The notes under the pieces: model-generated
Seen by the model: the letters and a program-made list of their open reading frames with translations, nothing else
The model's database searches: none
Told to the model about the DNA's origin: nothing
Shown here: in pieces, positions 7,523 through 10,009 of the stretch
Position numbering within the stretch: the stretch's first letter is position 1
Layout of the letters: each line of letters starts with the position of its first letter
Made by a program: the position numbers and the translations under genes
Virus record (IMG/VR): IMGVR_UViG_2734482786_000008
DNA: 10,009 bases
Strand: one strand, 5' to 3'
From: a virus
Lineage: Duplodnaviria; Heunggongvirae; Uroviricota; Caudoviricetes

Positions 7523-8038
7523 TCAGAGGCCAAGTGCGTTGCGGTGCGCTTCCATCAGGTCCACACCGTCCACAATTTCCACCATATTGATCAGGTCCAC
7601 TTCATAGAGCACCTCACCATTGATGGTCAGCTTCGCGTAGCTGTTGGTACTGGTCACTTTGGTGGTGTTGCTTTCGCCCGTCTTCCACTCACCGGAATCC
7701 ACTTCTTTGTGACGTCCACGCACCACAAGCTCCACGGCCTGCACTTCCCCGGTATCGTCACGCTGGATAGAGCCGGTAAAGCGCAGCTGGATTCCATCCA
7801 CCGTAGCTTTGCCCATCTGTTTAAACAGCAGCAGTTCAGTACCACCAATGGAAAATTCTGTATCCAGCGCACTGTCATCAAGCCCCAGATCCACATCCAC
7901 CGCCCCCGGCATTCCGCCGCCGCGATACTTCTCATATTTGCGGGTGAATTTCGGCAGCGTCAGCGACTCAACGATCCCCTGCCAGTTGTTCCCGTCGTTA
8001 AACAGGTTCAGGTGTTTTAATTTGCGTGGTAAAGCCAT
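7523..8038 (-). CDS. FII: Tail tube protein (P2 gpFII-like)
   Basis: 171-aa ORF (P2 FII is about 172 aa) directly downstream of the sheath gene. SD AAGGGGA precedes the ATG. Order FI-FII-E matches P2. Confidence 0.93.
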   Translation of the reverse strand: MALPRKLKHLNLFNDGNNWQGIVESLTLPKFTRKYEKYRGGGMPGAVDVDLGLDDSALDTEFSIGGTELLLFKQMGKATVDGIQLRFTGSIQRDDTGEVQAVELVVRGRHKEVDSGEWKTGESNTTKVTSTNSYAKLTINGEVLYEVDLINMVEIVDGVDLMEAHRNALGL

Positions 8039-8047
8039 GTTGTCCCC

Positions 8048-9220
8048 TTACGCGCTGACCTGGCTGGCGAAATTCACCAGGTACTGATCGGTGATGCGCT
8101 GACGCAGCATCAGGTTTTCAAGTGGCGGCACTGGCGTGTAGTCGTAGTCGATAGTGAGTTTCCCGGCTTTCAGCGTGTCTTTGTCATTCACCGACTCGTC
8201 CAGCCAGCAATCACCACCAATGAGATACCCCTGACTGACCAGGCTGCGCATTTTGGCGCGGATACCTTCGATAATGTCGCGGGCCAGCGACGGATTCAGC
8301 GGTTTGTCCACTGCCCACATGTGCGCTTCTGCCATCGTGTCCATCAGTACCTGCGCCGTGCGGGTGTAGTTTTCGAAGGCAAAGAGCGGGTCATCACTCA
8401 GGCTGCGGGAACCCCAGAAGCGGAAACCGTCTTTACGCACAAGCGTGGTGACGTCGTTCTGGTTCAGCAGACCTGCATCGGTTGCCGGGTCCTGCAGATC
8501 CCAGAACACATCAGCAGAAATTCCGGTGACACCGTTCACGCCCACGTTGGACAGGCTTTTGTGCCATCCGGTCTGCTCGTCAATTTTGGCGCGCAGACCA
8601 AGCGCACGGGCGGTGGCATAAGCCGTTGCTTCGGCATTCAGCACCGTGTCCCAGCCAGTAAAGTCAGGCCAGATCAGCATCCCTTCGCGCTGGCTGAAGT
8701 TTTCACGGTAAGTGATTGCTTCCTGCACCGTCTTGCAACCATACGCTGACAGGTAGGCAAACCCACGCAGGCTTTGCGCCACGCTCAGCAACTCAGTCGC
8801 AACGGCTTTGTTATCGTGACCAGGTACGCCGAGAATGCGCGGTTTAACGCCGAGCTGTGACTGGGCAGATAGCAGGGCTTTCATGCCTGTTTTTTTACCC
8901 TCGGCGGTCACTGCGCCGATGATATTGGTTGTGGTTTCTTCTTCCGTTTCACCCTGCGGCACACGCACAACAACGGTCACGGGTTTTGCCTGGTCAGCGA
9001 TGGCGTCCAGCGAACGGGCCAGCGTGCCGGACTCACCCGCTTTACCGCTGGCAGTCAGCACATCAGTGATCAGCACGGGTTTATTAAGAGGAAACATTTT
9101 TGCATCGGCATCATCGCCCGTGCAGACCATACCCACGATGGCGGTGCTCACCGTGGTAATGGATCGGGTGCCTTCGTTGACTTCAACAACGCGCACCCCA
9201 TGGTGGTAATCCTGAGCCAT
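8048..9220 (-). CDS. FI: Contractile tail sheath protein (P2 gpFI-like)
   Basis: 390-aa ORF (P2 FI is about 396 aa) as first gene of the tail operon. A strong SD AGGAGG (complement of 9230-9235) lies 9 nt upstream of the ATG (9218-9220). Confidence 0.94.
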   Translation of the reverse strand: MAQDYHHGVRVVEVNEGTRSITTVSTAIVGMVCTGDDADAKMFPLNKPVLITDVLTASGKAGESGTLARSLDAIADQAKPVTVVVRVPQGETEEETTTNIIGAVTAEGKKTGMKALLSAQSQLGVKPRILGVPGHDNKAVATELLSVAQSLRGFAYLSAYGCKTVQEAITYRENFSQREGMLIWPDFTGWDTVLNAEATAYATARALGLRAKIDEQTGWHKSLSNVGVNGVTGISADVFWDLQDPATDAGLLNQNDVTTLVRKDGFRFWGSRSLSDDPLFAFENYTRTAQVLMDTMAEAHMWAVDKPLNPSLARDIIEGIRAKMRSLVSQGYLIGGDCWLDESVNDKDTLKAGKLTIDYDYTPVPPLENLMLRQRITDQYLVNFASQVSA

Positions 9221-9296
9221 AGTGGCGAACCTCCTGATTGGATTAGGCTTCGCCCTATGTTGAAGTGATTGTGCCTGACAAACAGCTAAGCGCAGT

Positions 9297-9314
9297 TGTA
9301 CCGTTATTCACACA
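9297..9314 (-). promoter_or_regulatory. Candidate Ogr-dependent late promoter element (TGT-N12-ACA) upstream of FI
   Basis: TGT (9297-9299), exactly 12 nt, then ACA (9312-9314), matching the dyad described for P2/P4 late promoters centred near -55. The centre (about 9305) predicts a start near 9250, about 30 nt upstream of the FI ATG. -10/-35 elements were not confidently identified. Confidence 0.45.
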
Positions 9315-9361
9315 AAATGACGGTATTTGTCTGCTGCAGGGATAATCAAAATAATGCTGAT

Positions 9362-9928
9362 TCAGGGAGATTCATTGCTCTTATTTGCCGGAAATTTTCT
9401 ATAAATGGTAGAAACGCCTACATCAAAAATCAGTGCAATACGCTGTCTTGATTCTCCGGCCTCGAGTAAACGCCCAATCTGTGCCCACTGTTCGGTGGTC
9501 AACTTAGGACGGCGTCCACCTACTCTGCCTTTGGCACGAGCTGCAGCCAGCCCTGCCCTGGTACGTTCAACTATCAGTTCGCGTTCCATTTCAGCCAGGG
9601 CACCCATGACATGAAAAAAGAAACGGCCCATTGGGGTGCTGGTATCAATACTGTCAGTCAGGCTTCGGAAATTCACGCCTCGCTGACGCAACTCTTCTAT
9701 CAGCGTAACAAGATGCCGCATACTGCGCCCCAACCTGTCCAGCTTCCAGACAACCAGCGTGTCTCCTGCCGATAGTGTCCTGAGCAGTTTTTTCAACCCT
9801 GGTCTGTCGGACTTAGTGCCACTGATTTTATCCTCAAAAATCCGCTCACATCCCGCGCAGTTCAGTGCATTACGTTGCAAATCGGTGTTCTGGTCATTTG
9901 TTGACACGCGTACATAGCCAATAAGCAT
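9362..9928 (-). CDS. Serine-recombinase DNA invertase (Hin/Gin/Cin/Pin family)
   Basis: Translation from the ATG at 9926-9928 begins MLIGYVRVSTNDQ with the catalytic-serine motif and is similar along its length to Hin/Gin-type invertases (VVWKLDRLGRS, MGRFFFHVMGALAEMERELI, GGRRPKL, C-terminal HTH GVSTIYRKF). The track ORF extends to 9973 (203 aa), but AGGGGG (complement of 9935-9940) is placed correctly for the 9928 start, giving 188 aa. Confidence 0.92.
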   Translation of the reverse strand: MLIGYVRVSTNDQNTDLQRNALNCAGCERIFEDKISGTKSDRPGLKKLLRTLSAGDTLVVWKLDRLGRSMRHLVTLIEELRQRGVNFRSLTDSIDTSTPMGRFFFHVMGALAEMERELIVERTRAGLAAARAKGRVGGRRPKLTTEQWAQIGRLLEAGESRQRIALIFDVGVSTIYRKFPANKSNESP

Positions 9929-9929
9929 G

Positions 9930-9960
9930 ATCATCCCCCTGAATAAAAACCGGGGATGAT
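9930..9960 (-). repeat. 9-bp inverted repeat spanning the invertase ribosome-binding site
   Basis: ATCATCCCC (9930-9938) and GGGGATGAT (9952-9960) are exact reverse complements separated by 13 nt. In the minus-strand mRNA the 3' arm contains the SD and ends 1 nt before the ATG. There is no U tract after it, so it is not a terminator. Confidence 0.4.
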
Positions 9961-9983
9961 GCCAGTTAGCCATTATCTCTGCA

Positions 9984-10009
9984 TTTTCATAAACGTTGGT
10001 TTGGGAGAA
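9984..10009. other. Candidate invertase crossover site (hix/gix/cix-like 12-2-12 imperfect palindrome)
   Basis: TTTTCATAAACG-TT-GGTTTGGGAGAA. The right half-site complement, TTCTCCCAAACC, matches the remembered TTATCNAAAACC half-site consensus at 10 of 12 positions; the left half matches at 9 of 12. It lies about 55 bp upstream of the invertase start, where gix/cix sites sit relative to gin/cin, and abuts the window edge. Confidence 0.4.

Larger units (their letters stand above)
1061..10009. mobile_element. P2-like prophage, ogr-proximal arm (partial, continues beyond the window), adjacent to the ssrA 3' end
   Basis: Contiguous minus-strand gene set in P2 order (invertase, FI, FII, E/E', T, U, D, ogr) ending next to the tmRNA gene, a classic integration target. 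The left boundary is uncertain: the att core could lie inside the 3' end of ssrA or anywhere up to the ogr terminator near 2070. Confidence 0.85.

Noticed and set aside
7544-8749. Plus-strand ORFs 7544-8020, 7809-8087 and 8321-8749, and minus-strand 7654-7935, inside FII and FI
   Set aside because: Embedded within or antisense to the tail tube and sheath genes, with low-complexity translations.
9270-9284. Second dyad TGT-N9-ACA upstream of FI
   Set aside because: Spacing of 9 rather than 12 nt does not match the Ogr-site consensus; probably incidental.
9928-9973. Upstream extension of the invertase ORF to the ATG at 9971-9973 (203 aa)
   Set aside because: The extra 15 residues precede the conserved N-terminus and the AGGGGG RBS fits the 9926-9928 start; the shorter product is preferred, though the longer cannot be excluded.
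1-10009. Search for CRISPR arrays, IS elements or transposases, rRNA or tRNA genes, and Walker-type NTPase or nuclease motifs in the cargo protein
   Set aside because: No regularly spaced direct repeats, no transposase-like ORF or terminal inverted repeats, and no such motifs in the 238-aa protein were seen.

Overview
This window holds the enterobacterial smpB-ssrA (tmRNA) locus followed by one end of a P2-like (Peduovirus-type) prophage that continues past the right edge. All phage genes are on the minus strand, in the canonical P2 order reading right to left: a Hin/Gin/Pin-family serine invertase, FI (tail sheath), FII (tail tube), E and E+E' (with a T-TTT-TTG -1 frameshift site), T (tape measure, 1025 aa), U, D and the Ogr zinc-finger late activator. 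The most interesting part is a roughly 1 kb AT-rich block (about 1100-2080, roughly 25-30% GC by hand count against about 50% in the flanks) between the tmRNA 3' end and the ogr terminator. It carries a single plus-strand gene (1243-1959) for a 238-aa protein with two N-terminal transmembrane helices and no motif I can recognise. I read this as a cargo (moron) gene at the ogr-att end of the prophage and a candidate for an undescribed single-gene phage-exclusion or defence function, but that is inference from composition and context only. No CRISPR array, rRNA, tRNA or transposase was found. All homology statements come from reading the translations against remembered protein families; no database search was run.
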